From: Cenococcum geophilum
Lineage: Eukaryota
Reading direction: 5' to 3'
Assembly: GCA_050273025.1 (NCBI GenBank)
Contig: CP158635.1
Span: 3,720,001-3,784,000 of the forward strand
Length of the DNA stretch: 64,000 bases
Shown here piece by piece: positions 1 to 12,926 of this stretch (positions are counted from its first letter, which is position 1; each line of letters begins with the position of its first letter). Both the position numbers and the translations under genes were made by a program. The notes under the pieces were generated by a model. The model worked only from the letters and a program-made list of their open reading frames with translations. It was not told where the DNA came from and did no database searches.

Positions 1-1
1 G

Positions 2-1063
2 AGGAGCAGCCATCCCAGCCCATTACGTTCAAATCCTCCAGAGCAAGGCCCGCAAAGATCTTCAAGTGTTGACAGCCGCCACCCTCGTAGTAAGGGACGA
101 CCGCCTACCCCGGAGCCATACTCGTACTACAGTTCAGACATGAGGTAAGCTATCTGGGTCCGATGTTTCCTATCATTGGAGCCATAAAGCGCATAGGCCG
201 ACATGAACAATGTCTTGACACACTTGACATACGTAACAACTGATATAACCACCTCCCAATCGGAAACTATTATAACACCCAGGCCCAGCGTTAGATCTCG
301 GTTTATATTCTCCCGCGCTCACACATTCGCGCACCTTCAGATGGCAAACGCCATGGCCACGTCGGACCCCACTTGCGAGCTCCTAGGCGAAACGGGAAGT
401 TTCAGGCTTACGTATACTGCGCGCTGCCGCAACAATTCTTTTCCCTTCCTTCGTGCTAATGCTGCGTTTCGGATCCAGGCTGCCTTCACTCCGATCGGCA
501 ACGACCGTTCTGCAAATGGCGAAGAGAGGAAAAGATTTTGGTTAAGAAACAGCTGAAGGCATTCTAGACCCAGTCCAAGGACAAGTTCAAGAGACGCGAT
601 CGCGATCGTTCGTAGTGACAGCGACGACAGTAATGAATACAGCCCGCGTAATTGTGGTAATCGATCCGGGCCTACAGGTCCACCTGCAGCTCAACGCGTC
701 GGGGCGAAGCTCAGCGGGACTGGAGGCGGCCGGAGAGTCCTGACAAAGAAGGGACCTGAAAACGCAATCTAAATGGTCACCGTTCCCTACGAATCAATTG
801 AGGCCACCCCAACACCAGTTACAACAGAAGAAAGCATGATCGAGGAAATGGTTCAGAACGCGCTGGACATTCACGATAACGGTTGGAGCGGTGAGGCTGA
901 ACGCAATGACACACTCCCGATGTCAACGAACCAAGCGTTTTATGAGATGTTGAGGAATAACGCGTCAGCCCATAACGGTAACGAGGAAAGCGATCAACCT
1001 GGACCGGCATACAAGAAAGTTCGCTCCTTTCCCGAAACCTTCGAAACATCCACCAGGGCATAA
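2..1063 (+). pseudogene. Probable degraded host gene (3' part), Ser/Pro/Arg-rich unknown protein
   Basis: Open frame 2-144 ends at donor GTAAGC; branch+acceptor GCTAAT..CCAG near 456-478; the frame of ORFs 203-556 and 773-1063 is continuous apart from single stops TGA 554-556 and TAA 770-772. No recognisable domain. Confidence 0.3.
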
Positions 1064-1213
1064 GGAAAATGGCGCGCACATTAGCTCGCCAACAGCAAAG
1101 ACGCACAATCGCAACTGAGCGAGCGCTGTTTCTGTCGCGAGGACGACGACGAGGGGGAGAGGAGCCGTCAGGCAGTCGATTCGTGTGGGTTAATCACGTG
1201 ATTAATCAGGCGT

Positions 1214-1249
1214 CGTATGGTGGGCCATACGCACCAAACCGCCAACGCC
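1214..1249 (+). repeat. Left terminal inverted repeat
   Basis: CGTATGGTGGGCCATACGCACCAAACCGCCAACGCC is the exact reverse complement of 20535-20570. Confidence 0.93.
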
Positions 1250-1280
1250 CGAAATCCGAAAATTTCAGAACATCAAATTC

Positions 1281-2638
1281 TTAGTCTTGATCATGCAAAA
1301 GCTCTACCTGAAGCTCTATACAAAGCTCTACTTAAAGCTTTATACGGAGCGGTAAAGCTCTTTTAATATACAGTATTAATACACTAGGATGTCCCTGAGA
1401 ACGCTCGCACGAACGCCTGCACGAACGCCCGTACGAACGTCTCTACGAACGTCTCTACGAACGCCTCTACGAACGCCTCTACGAACGCCTCTACGAACGC
1501 CTTTGCGGTTGTCTCTACGAACGCCTTTGCGGTTGTCTCTACGAACACCTTAATAAACAGACGCCTGCACAAAGCTCTATAAAAGGGGAGGTTAAGGGAG
1601 GCTCTGCCTACGGAGGCTCTGCGTATAGAGGCTCTACGTACGGAGGCTCTATACGACGCTCTGCATTGAAGACTCTGTGTATGGAGGCTCTGCGTACGAA
1701 GCTTTGCGTATGGAGGCTCTACATACGGAGGCTCTGCACGACGCTCTGCACGACGCTCTGCACGATGCTCTGCATCGAAGACTGCATCGAAGACTCTGCA
1801 TTGAAGACTCTGCATTGAAGACCCCGCGTACGAAGGCTCTGCGTATGGAGGCTCTACGTACGGAAGCTCTGTACGACGCTCTGCACGATGCTCTGCATCG
1901 AAGACTCTGTATCGAAGACTCTGCGTGCGAAGGCTCTGCGTATGGAGGCTCTACCTACGGAGACTCTGCACGACGCTCTGCACGACACTCTATATACAAA
2001 GACTCTGCATACGGAGGCTCCGCGTACGTAGCTTCGTGCAGAGCCTCTATATGCAGAGCCTCCGTACGCAGAGTCTCTATACGCAGAGCCTTTGTATGCA
2101 GAGCCTCTATACGCAGAGCCTCTATACGCAGAGCCTCCATACGCAGAGCCTCCATACGCAGAGCCTCCATACGCAGAGTCTCTAAACGCAGAGTCTCCGT
2201 ACGCAGAGTCTTCGATACGGAGCGTTGTGCAGAGCGTCGTGCAGAGTGTTGTACAGAGCTTCCGTACATAGAGCCTCTATACATAGAGCTTTCGTACACA
2301 GAGTCTTTAACATAGGGCCTTTAATATAGAGCGTCGTGCAGAGCGTCGTGTAGAGCATTATACAGAGCCTCCGTATATAGAGCCTCTATATATAAAGCCT
2401 TTGTCTATAGAATCTTTTTATATATAGAGTCTTTAATATAAAGCGTTGTATAGAGCCTATATGTAGAGCCTTTATATATAGAGCCTTTATACGCAGAGCC
2501 TCTAGATATAAAGGCTCTATATATAAAGTCCTTAATATAGAGCCCCGCGTAGAGCCTTATATAAAGCCTTATATAAAGTACCTATACGTAGAGCCTCCGT
2601 ATAAAGCTCTACGCGAAACTTTATATAGATATAGAGTT
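1281..2638 (+). repeat. Minisatellite module copy 1 (12/15-bp GCTCT[AG]C-core units, internally palindromic around ~2027)
   Basis: Arrays of ACGAACGCCTCT, GGAGGCTCTGCGTAT and GACGCTCTGCAC, then their reverse complements (ATACGCAGAGCCTCC); direct repeat of 19565-20411. Confidence 0.9.
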
Positions 2639-3000
2639 ATATAATTTAATATTTAATAACTTTTTATCTATAATTAAATTTTAATTATCATAATACTATT
2701 AAATTTAGCTTCTTAAGCTCTATATTTTATATCTTAAAAGTATATAAATAGAATGCGTGGTTAAGTTATTAAGATATAAAAGTTTGCTATAATATAGTCG
2801 CTTTAAAAAAGGAGAATTAAATATTAGAAATTATAATTAATAATAGCAATTTACTAAAACCTTACCTATTTAAACTATTTTTCTATACTTATATAATATA
2901 CTACTTGCCCTTTATACTATATTACTATTATCTATTCCTTTAAGAAAGTTATTTAAAGCCTATACTTTTTCTTATTTTAGTTAGCACTATAATATATAAG

Positions 3001-3830
3001 AGGGGAGCTAAGGTACTTAAAAATACTATTAAAAACACTTCTAAAGCGCCTAAAGAAGTAGACCTTACTATTAAACCTATACTACCTATATAAACGCCTT
3101 TTACTATTATAGAATAACCTAAAGGTTTTTAAACATTTATTCTAAATATAACTACATATACTAATACTATAAAGACATTTATTAATATTCTAGTTGTCCT
3201 ATTTAAAGTCTTTAAATACTAAAAGTTTATTATTTAAAATATATATTAAGCTAATAAATATTCTAGCCTTTATTCGTTTTAGCTTAATTAATTAACTACT
3301 ATTATTATATTATAAAGTTTAAAGAATCTTATAATACTTAAAGAAGTAAATAATATAGATAAATAGTATAAAGCAGAAGGAATAATAGAGGTATGGTTAA
3401 AATATATAAAAAAGACTTAATAGGTTAATCTTATAATTAAATATAAGGTTACTACTATACCTATTAATACGTCTACTAATACTATAATTATTAAAATTAC
3501 TACAGCTATTTAAGCAGCACTTTAAATAGTAGGTATTTTAACTAAAGGAGTAGTTAATAAAGAGGTAGAGTTCTTTAATAATTATTATAAAGGTATAGTA
3601 AAGAAACTATTAGTAAAAAGAGACTACTAAATAGAGTAACTATATACACTATTTAAACGCTATTACTATCTTTAATAATACTATAAGAATAAAAGGCATA
3701 ATATTATATACTGTCTTAAATTTAAATTAAAGTACTACTTAATATAACCCTACTATTTAGCGTGTTAATTAGACGTAATAGAACAGAAAAAAAGCTACGC
3801 TTAATATATTAGGTCTATCTTTACTATTAT
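3001..3830 (+). pseudogene. RIP-degraded second ORF of the Tc1-like element (Cys/His motif followed by W..AI....AT)
   Basis: Frame from 3601 reads LYTLFKRYYYL**YYKNKRHNIIYCLKFKLKYYLI*PYYLAC*LDVIEQKK; RIP reversal gives roughly RHRCLQQHCKN..HCL..KHY.IQPHHLACWSDAIEQKKAT. Confidence 0.45.
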
Positions 3831-4114
3831 AGATTAAGTATAGTAAATACCTATAGAATAAGGAGGATAAATATATAAATATCTCTCTATGTAGCTATAA
3901 ATACTATTAAAGTAACTGTTATAGTATAAATTAATTAATAAGCTCTCCTTTCTAATAATAGTAGTAATAAGAGACTTATATTATAGTTGTATAATTATTA
4001 GCTAATTATATTTAATAGTAAAAACTATTAGAATTAATAGTATAGTAGCTTTTAATAAACTAGATATAGTAGTAGAACTAGTAAATATTATAATAGGTAT
4101 AAAATGCTATATAA

Positions 4115-4538
4115 TGTAACGGAATTCCCCAGAAGGTACATATTAGATAAGACAGAAGGAGGTCTTATCTATATTCCAGAAGGAGGTCTCATCTATATTT
4201 TAAAAGGAGGTCTCATCTATGTTCCAAAAGGAGGTCTTATCTATATTCCATCTACGTCCTAAAAGATATAGTTAGACAGATAAGGGGTAAAGGGTTTTGC
4301 TAGCGTTTTAGAAAGATTATATAGGGAGCTGGTTCTCCTCTAGAGAAGAACTAGCGATTAGTCTCTAAATAGAAGTAGTTAGAAGCATTTATTCTTTAAT
4401 ATATAAAACTTATTCTACCTTTAACTTACCTTCTATTTACCTTTAACTTACCTTCTATTTACCTTTAACTTACCTTCTACTTACCGGTAACACTGTTAAT
4501 TAAATAATTATACGTTCCGGTTAGGCTAGCCTCTTATA
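4115..4538 (+). repeat. 5' LTR of Gypsy-1 (4x24-bp and 3x22-bp internal units)
   Basis: TGTAAC...CTTATA (RIP'd CTTACA); matches 11569-11946. Confidence 0.93.
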
Positions 4539-7500
4539 ATTCTAATTGCTCACAATCCATTAGGAATGTACGGCTATTAATTAATAATAATAAACTATAC
4601 TCCTGTACCCCACGAAGCAACGCCCTCACCGTAAGAGGCTTAAAGAGTCTCCCTAGAGGAGCGCATTCCCTCTTCCTATAAAGAAGCCACGGCTGGTCCA
4701 TCTAACCTTGCGAGACCCTTAGGAATAATTACCGCTGGGGAGTTATCGGAGCGGTCGCTATATAAAACCCTATAAAAAATAAAGGAGTTAAAGATACAAT
4801 TAAAATAAGTATATTAAGACTACTAAGAACAATTATAAGGATAATTAGGGGAAGTATAGACACCCTAGACACGAAGCGGACTTAAAGGGGTAATGTTACA
4901 CTATACTATAATATTAGAAAAACCTAAATTCCGTATAAAGGAACCTAATAAGTACTATAGTAATAGTCTTTAAAACTATAATCGTTTTATCTAATAATGC
5001 GAAACCAAGTTTCGGCTAAATCTAAAACGTTACTCTAACGAGTATAATCAGACACTAATTGCTTCTACCTTTCTACATGGCACTATTAAGAGTTTATAAA
5101 CACGCTATAAGAAGAAACTTACTACACCTTTTAAATTTAGCGAACTTAGGACCTGGTTGATTAATTAGGTCCAAAACCCTACTAATTAAGGGATGGACTA
5201 TAACCAGCGATACTACGACGCTAAACAGCGGGATGGTTAGACTATGGTCCAGTTTATAAACTACTTAGAAGAACTAGAAGATAATATACCCTACTTAGAT
5301 CTATAGGATAACGCTATATAACTTCACCAGCTACTCGCTAAGCTACGGCCTAAGATTTAACAGGCTATACAAGAGAAGGGCGAAATTCCTACCTTTTAAG
5401 AAAAGCTTATTTCTAAAGCTACTCAGATTAAGAGTATTAAAAGAGACTATCTAGGTAAGTAAAAGGAACGAGACGCTAATAATAAAGAGCGTAGGACTAG
5501 ACCTAGCTTTAATAATAGGGGCAGATTCTAACCTAACCGCTTTGCGGAAGGATAACGTAAGTAGGCCTTATAGCCCTAGAGCAACACTAGTTAACCCTAA
5601 AATAATAATAGGTAGAGACCTAATCCGTAAAAGGGGAACCGGGAGACACGCACCTATTATAACTACAGTAAGAAGGGCTATATAAGCCGCTTCTGCCGGT
5701 AAAAAAAGCAAGAGTCGGCCTAATTAGGAAAAGAGACAGCCTAGTAGATCTTCACTCCCTTACACTAGGCCAGCAAGAGAAGGAGGAAGTAAACTGCCAT
5801 ATAGTTATTCCTATCTCTATTTAAGTTAATAATAAATAGGTAATACAAGACTGCCTTATAGACAGCGGCGCGAGTATAGGGTTCATTTCTTAATTACTAG
5901 TAAAAGAATTAGATTTGGATCTTAGCGGCTCGCAGGTGCGCACTATTTAAAGCATTAGAGGTTACTAGATTCCATACTATAAGGAATAGACTTTTTCTGT
6001 GGCTAGCTAGGACCGTAATAGTCTATAGGACACGCAGGAGATGCGCTTCTATGCCGTAGAAATTAAGGGGTATAACCTTATTTTAGGATACCTATAGCTT
6101 CGCCAAGTTAATCCGGACATTAATTGGCCTTTAGCCTTATATTGACATCGGAAGTCTTAACCGCGCATTATAGTTGAAGATTAGGAGACTTTCTTAAACT
6201 ATATATAAGAAAAAGGGTGGGCATATACTATATATGCCACTCTTAATACTAAGAACGGGGACATGGGATATTTATTTTCGGATATCCAGCTATATATAGT
6301 TAAGGAACTAGAGATTCCACAGGAATATATAGACTTAGAAAATGTTTCTAGTAAAGAGGCTGTATAAACCTTACTTAACCCTATATTAGTTAAGCATAAG
6401 ATAGATATAGGGGATAAATAACCTCCTTTTAGACTACTGTATAACCTATTAGAAAATAAGCTAGCGGTACTACGTTAATATATAGTAGATAATCTTTAGA
6501 AAGGATAGATTTAGCCCTTTATAAGCCCGGTAGGGGCACCAATTATATTTATACCTAAGAAGGACGGGACCCTTTACCTCTATGTTAACTATTAGGCACT
6601 AAATAAGATTACTATAAAGAATTGCTACCTATTACCCTTAATAGGGGAGCTTATTAACAGGCTGTCGGGCGTAAAGATATTCATAAAATTAGATCTAAAA
6701 GATATATACTATTAAATCCGGATTAAAGCCGGCGATAAGTAAAAAACGGCGTTCTAAATACGGTACAGCCACTTTAAGTACCTAGTAATGCCATTCGGGC
6801 TCACCAACGCACCAGCGACATTTTAGGCCTATATTAATAAGGCATTGTCGGGCCTATTAGACATAATATATATAGTCTACCTTAATAACATTATAGTCTA
6901 CTTTAATAACTACAAAGTATATACGCACTACGTGCAAATGGTACTAGAAAGACTACAGGAATATAAGCTCTATATAAACCTGAAAAAGTACACGTTCTAT
7001 ACTACTAGCATTAATTTTTTAGACTTTATTATTAGCGTTAATAGAGTGTTAATAGAGAAAAGTCGGGTGGACGCTATTAGGGAATGGCCCTACCCTATAA
7101 CATTTAGAGAAGTATAGGTTTTCTTAGGCACGGCAAACTTCTACTAAACGTTTATTGTTTATTACTTATAAGTAATGCTCCTAATTACCAATCTACTAAA
7201 AGGATCTAAGAATGGCAAGAAGTTAGGACCCTTTATATTTAGGGAAGCTGCTAAGTAGGCTATAAACCGGTTAAAGGATTTATTTACGTCGGCGCCTATT
7301 CTAATATACTTTTACTAGGAGCTACGTATATACCTTAAAACGGATATATCTGGCTTTACCCTAGGGGCAATTATATCTCAATTAAAAGACGGAAAATAGC
7401 ATTCTATGGCGTTTTGGTTTAGGAAGATAACCCCTATAAAATAGCGTTATATAACGCATAACCAGGAGTTACTCGCGATAGTTATAGCAATAAAGCACTG

Positions 7501-9899
7501 GCGACATTATTATATAGAAAGCAATTACCCTATTAAAGTCCTTATAGACTATAACAACCTAGAATACTTTATAATTATAAAGGTGTTAAGCAGTTAACAA
7601 GCTAGGTAGGTAGAGGCACTATTGTAGTATAATTTTAAGATTATGTACTGCCCAGGAAAGATAAATCCTGCTAATAGGTTGTTAAGACGTCCGGATTACG
7701 AGATAGGGAGGATCTAGGATAGTACAGGGGAAATAATCCCTATATTGCAAAATTTGCTTAAGAAAAAAGAAGACTCTTTTCCTAGAACTATAGAATTTTA
7801 TAATAGGGCAGAGGTCCCAGTAATACAGCTACGAAGTAATATAATTATAGAGCTATAGGATATAGTTATAGACTAGGTTATAGACTAAGCAGATATTATA
7901 AAGTTAGCGTACCCTAAAATTAGTAAGAATTCTATAGGATATGCTAGAGGTATTACAGCACCTTTAACTTAACGGCGCATTAGCTGCGAGTTTTTGGATC
8001 TAAAGGGGATAGGCGAGATGCCTATCTACAGCGTAGCATACTGTATAACGGTAGGAGAATCTACTAGCACTAATAGTTTAAAACGTCTCGTACTATGCCT
8101 TAAGTCCGTAATAGCGGCAGGCGAAATAGAAGCAAGTAATCTACACAAAACCTTTCCAGATTTTCTTCTTTAAGCTTAATAAAGGGACGCCTTCGCCTCT
8201 AGGGAGAGGTAAAAAGATATAATAGAGACCGACTTAGCTAGAGTTACTAAGAAGCTATAGTAGCAAGACTAAAAGGGTCTATTACGCTTTAAGGGTGCTA
8301 TATATATCCTAAAGGACTAAGCAATTTAAGATGAAATTTTAAAGGTCTTCTATAATAACCCTCTTAGGGGTTACTATGGTGCTAACAGAACCCTTAAGGT
8401 TATTTAAAGGAAATACTTTTGGGACAAAATGTCTAAAAAGGTTAAGGACTATATATTAAGGTGTAATACATGCCAAAGGATATAGATATCCAGGCATCGC
8501 CTATACGGCGAGTTATTAGTGCTTCCTATTCCGCAGGGACCCATATTAGAATTAACAATAGATTTTATTATAGGCTTACCCCCTACTAAGATAAAAACTA
8601 GAGAGGTTGCTAATACTATCTTAGTAATTGTTAATAGGTATACAAAGTTTTTAGGATACTTTACTATTATAATAACGATCACAGTAGTAGAACTGGCAGA
8701 CCTGTTTTTAAAACAGTGGCTCTTATTTAGCACGCTAAGGGGAATTATATCTAACAGAGGCACTATATTTAATAGTGCATTTTAGTCTTTATTTTATCTC
8801 TTATTAAAAATACGGTAAAGGATAAGCACTACCTTCTACCCGCAAATAGATGGGCAAACAAAGCGTCTAAATACGTTGTTGGAACACTACCTCCGCTACT
8901 ATATTAATTATTAACAGAATAATTGGACATTATGGTTGGCTTTAGCGCAGCACGTATATAATATAAGCATCCACAGCAGTATAAAAATGACCCCTTATAA
9001 AGCATTGTTTGGGGTAAAAGCAAATAACCCCTAGAATATTAAGGATATTGTTCCTAAAAGAGAGGCACTAGTAGCGTCCAAAAGAATTAAGTAAATAAGA
9101 ATTCGCAAAGAGGAACTTAAAAAGCACTTGCTAGACGCCTAGGCTGTACAAAAAAGGTACTATAACAAAAAACATATACTAAAAGAATTCGAAATAGGAG
9201 ACGAAGTCTTACTATTTATAAAAAATATCCGAATAAAACGCATTAAGAAGAAGCTGGATTACCGGTAGCTCAGACCCTTTAAGATAGTTAAGAAAACTAA
9301 AGGAAACTAAGCCTATAAATTGGAATTACCAAAATCTTATCTAATATATCCTATATTTTATATTTCCTTGCTAAAGCTATACCAGAGAAGAGATAGTACG
9401 GAACCGCCCCACCTAGCGAAATTAATAGGGAACTAGAATGGAATATAGAAGACATTTTAGACTAAAGATAGCGCCAGAAGAAGCGCGAATTTTTAGTTCG
9501 TTAAGGATACTCCTAGGCATATAACAGTTAGGAACCTAAGAAGTACCTTCAGCCAGGATATAATACCGCAATTAAAACCTTCCTAAGAACCAAAGGTAAA
9601 GACTTAAAAATGGTTCCGGATATGCCATAGGTAAAGCAATAGGGAAGACCCTATAAATTAAAACTATAGGATTAAGCATAGGCATTAAAAACGAAAACGT
9701 TTCGCCATTATAATAGGGATCCTAAAATCCTATAAGAAGAAGCCTATAGGGATCCACAAGAGAACTATTAGGGATACTATTTAAAGAAGACGCTATACAA
9801 GAAGGAGTAGTAGCACTATAAGAAGTAGCCTTGGGGATTTAGAAAGATCCCCTAGGGATAAAAGGAGAGTATCTGGCCTGGCACTAAAGATATATAATA

Positions 9900-10970
9900 G
9901 AGTTAATAGTATAAAGAGGAGCAAAAGGATAGCCTATAAAGAATTAGAAATTTTAAGGAATTATAAGGCACCTATAGGAATACTACCCGTTTATTATATA
10001 TAGGGATTATAGTAGTGCACTGCGTTTATATAGATTATCACCAAAGCTTAGAATAAAGGCATCCCTAAAGTATAAAGTTAATTCCTAATAATAGGGCATC
10101 CTAGAGGCACCTGAGAGGCACTATATAAAGCTATTTTATAAGAAAAAGAAAAGAGCTAGGTAATAACTTAAATACTAGCAGTAGTAACAGGAGCCTCCTC
10201 TTCCATCTTAACGTTATTATTAACGGTATTATCGGCTCCTCTATCCCCAGAAGCATTAGCACTTCTACTAATATTCTTCTTAGAATAATAGGTACTAGAA
10301 GGACTAGCATAGGCGGGAAACTAGCGAAGAGAACGTTTATCTTAACCTTCGTCGCTATCTTTAGTATCCCTAGGTTCCAAATCGGCGTCTAAGTAGGGAT
10401 TAGAGAGATATTAGCTAAAAGAGTTAGCATAGTTCCTAAGTAAGTTATTAGAGAAACTCACCTAGCTAGAGTAGCCCGCGTAAGAGTACGAATATTATTA
10501 TTAATAAGGACGAGCTGTTTATATATACGCTCCTAGACACTATATATCCGAGAATATTACGTCTTTATAGCAGTAGAAACCCTTATAGAATTAAAGAGTC
10601 TACAAGCAAGGGAAGACACCTTCTATCCCCGCCTATTACTATTAGGATATTAGCGGAAATCTTAGATAGCGCGTTAGAGCCTATAAGTCTTATGCGTATA
10701 AATAGCGGGGATCTAGTATAATTAGCGAAATTTAGAATAGGATAAAATAGGAAATACCGGGACACAGGTCTTTCTCCTACTGTAATAATAGGAGTACTTG
10801 GATTTGTTTTTACTAGAGTAAGGTATCTTATAGACGTAAGAAGGATCCTGCGTAAGAGTATAAATGTAGCAATAATAGTATTTTAGGGAAACTGCCGTAG
10901 AAGTAACAGACGCTGTCTAGGGCGTTACCAGGAGATTAATAATACTGCCGCCGGTCTAGGGACCATGAGC
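9900..10970 (-). pseudogene. Putative antisense, intron-containing extra ORF in the 3' region of Gypsy-1 (limits approximate)
   Basis: Minus-strand GTGAGT...GCTAAC...TTTTAG intron at 10461-10415; upstream frame from 10620 reads GVFPCL*TL*FYKGFYCYKDVIFSDI*CLGAYI*TARPY, Cys-rich after RIP reversal. Confidence 0.4.
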
Positions 10971-11568
10971 CATTATAAGAAAATACTCTAAGAAGTTAGT
11001 ATTATTATAAGAAGATAAGGTAGGGATCCTGTTGCTTATAAACGTATTATAAAAAGAGAATAAAGCAGCTATAAAAGAATAGCTGGAGATATAGAAGTTA
11101 AAAGCGGAGATATAGAGGAAATAGTCTGCTAAAAGATGAGACGAATAGTATTATTAATAAAAAGACGCGTAAAAGGCAACAGCTTATAAACTAGAAGAAA
11201 ATTAAAATAAAGACGTTATTATTAGAATCCATTTTAGGTAAATGGGGATAGTGGCTTATAGATGCGTTGTACAGGACAACCTCCAGATTAACTTATAACA
11301 AACTCTTATAATAAGAAAGGTAAATCCTATCCAATTTTTATTATTATTATTTTAGTTCTATTATAAAGGTATTATAAGGAACTATAGTGGGAAAAGAGCA
11401 GAGGAACTAAGGATAAAGTAAGGTTCTACGCTAGTAAAGAACTAGCTATAAGCCGCATTATAGAGTACCTTTCCACTAAGAATTTCCCTAGTGGTTTTAG
11501 CCGGAACTTTATAAAAGCTTAGTAAAGGCAAAGTCTTGGAGGACTAAGACCCTTAAAGGGGAGGCAAT

Positions 11569-11946
11569 TGTAACGGAATTCCCTAGAAGGTATATATTAG
11601 ATAAGACAGAAGGAGGTCTTATCTATATTTCAGAAGGAGGTCTTATCTATATTCCAAAAGGAGGTCTTATTTATATTCCATTTACGTCCCAAAAGATATA
11701 GTTAAACAGATAAGGGGTAAAGGGTTTTACTAGCGTCTTAGAAAGATTATATAGGGAGCTAGTTCTCCTCTAGAGAAGAACTAGCGATTAGTCTTTAAAT
11801 AGAAGTGGTTAGAAGCATTTATCCTTTAATACGTAAAACTTATTCTACCTTTAACTTACCTTCTATTTACCTTTAACTTACCTTCTACTTACCGGTAACA
11901 CTGTCGATTAGATAATTATACGTTCTGGTTAGGCTGGCCTCTTACA
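11569..11946 (+). repeat. 3' LTR of Gypsy-1 (3x24-bp and 2x22-bp internal units)
   Basis: TGTAAC...CTTACA followed by TSD TATAA. Confidence 0.93.
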
Positions 11947-12469
11947 TATAAATAGTAATACTTTCTTTTATATTACTAATTATTACCACTAGATATTTTA
12001 TAGTAGATCTTATATTAAATATAAAATATTCTTTAATGCCTTCTTTATTAGGTACTTTATTAAATTTTATTCTATTCTCTAAAGCGCCTATTAATCTTTA
12101 CTATTTAATTTTAAATATATCTTCTACTAGCCTACTACTTAGTAGCCCTACCAATAGTAGTATTAAATAATTAAATAGTAAGCTTAGTATCTTTATTAAA
12201 TAGCTATAAAGCTATTATCTAGCTTTTACCTATATCTCTACTAGGGTAGGATTAATTTTAGTAAATAAGTATTATACCTTTAAGATATTAAAGTATATAT
12301 ATATATAGGCTTATTAATTATATAGAAGATAATTTAAAGGACTTTAGAACAAATTAATAACGTTATAGTACTATAGTAGAGGCTTTATTTAATATATTAA
12401 TTAATAGGCGCTTTATATAATCTTATTCTTCCCTTTATCTAAATATATTATATATTATACTACTAAATT

Positions 12470-12926
12470 CCTACTTATAAGAAATACCATTTCTACCACT
12501 CTATTAAATCTTTATTACTCTACTATATAGTTTAGAAAGTTGCTAAAGTTATTTTATAATTTAGATTTAAATTAATAAGTATATAGCTACTACTTTAAGT
12601 TTTAAAAAAAAACTTTAATTAGATTAAAATTAGGTAAGTAAAGAAAAAGATATTTAAGTTTACTATTAGCAGTATTATAGAGGTATTGGACTTCTTAGGT
12701 TTAAGTAGGTAGTATTATTAATACGCCTATCCTTTACTATATACCTTATTATAATAGATTAATAAATTATCTATTACCAAAACTAAATAAGGCTATATAT
12801 AAGTAAAACCCTTATTCTTTATCTATTAATAGCGCCTTAGTATATTAACTAACTAAGTATATTACCTTATTAGGTATTTGTTAGTAGTAAGCCCTATATT
12901 TTAAATATTTTTAGTTTTAATATTTC
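12470..12926 (-). pseudogene. Tc1-like transposase, C-terminal part (second D and E)
   Basis: LVLVIDNLLIYYNK (SVLVMDN..HH; D codon 12771-12769), apparent 50-bp intron 12744-12695, then EVQYLYNTANSKLKYLFLYLPNFNLIKVFF (LEYLPPYSPDFNPIE; E codon 12616-12614). D-to-E spacing is 34 residues. Confidence 0.8.

Larger units (their letters stand above)
4115..11946 (+). mobile_element. Full-length Ty3/Gypsy (chromovirus-type) LTR retrotransposon, RIP-inactivated
   Basis: LTRs 4115-4538 and 11569-11946; TSD TATAA (4110-4114/11947-11951); PPT AAAGGGGAGG before the 3' LTR; domain order gag zinc knuckle ~5655-5697, protease LIDSGA ~5855, RT YL(D)(D)I ~6878, RNase H, integrase ~8350-9370, chromodomain ~9435-9580. 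Confidence 0.95.

Noticed and set aside
1384..2315. Repetitive ORFs (EALRM, RRASI, QSLYT) on both strands
   Set aside because: Products of 12/15-bp minisatellite units whose lengths are multiples of three; no coding evidence.
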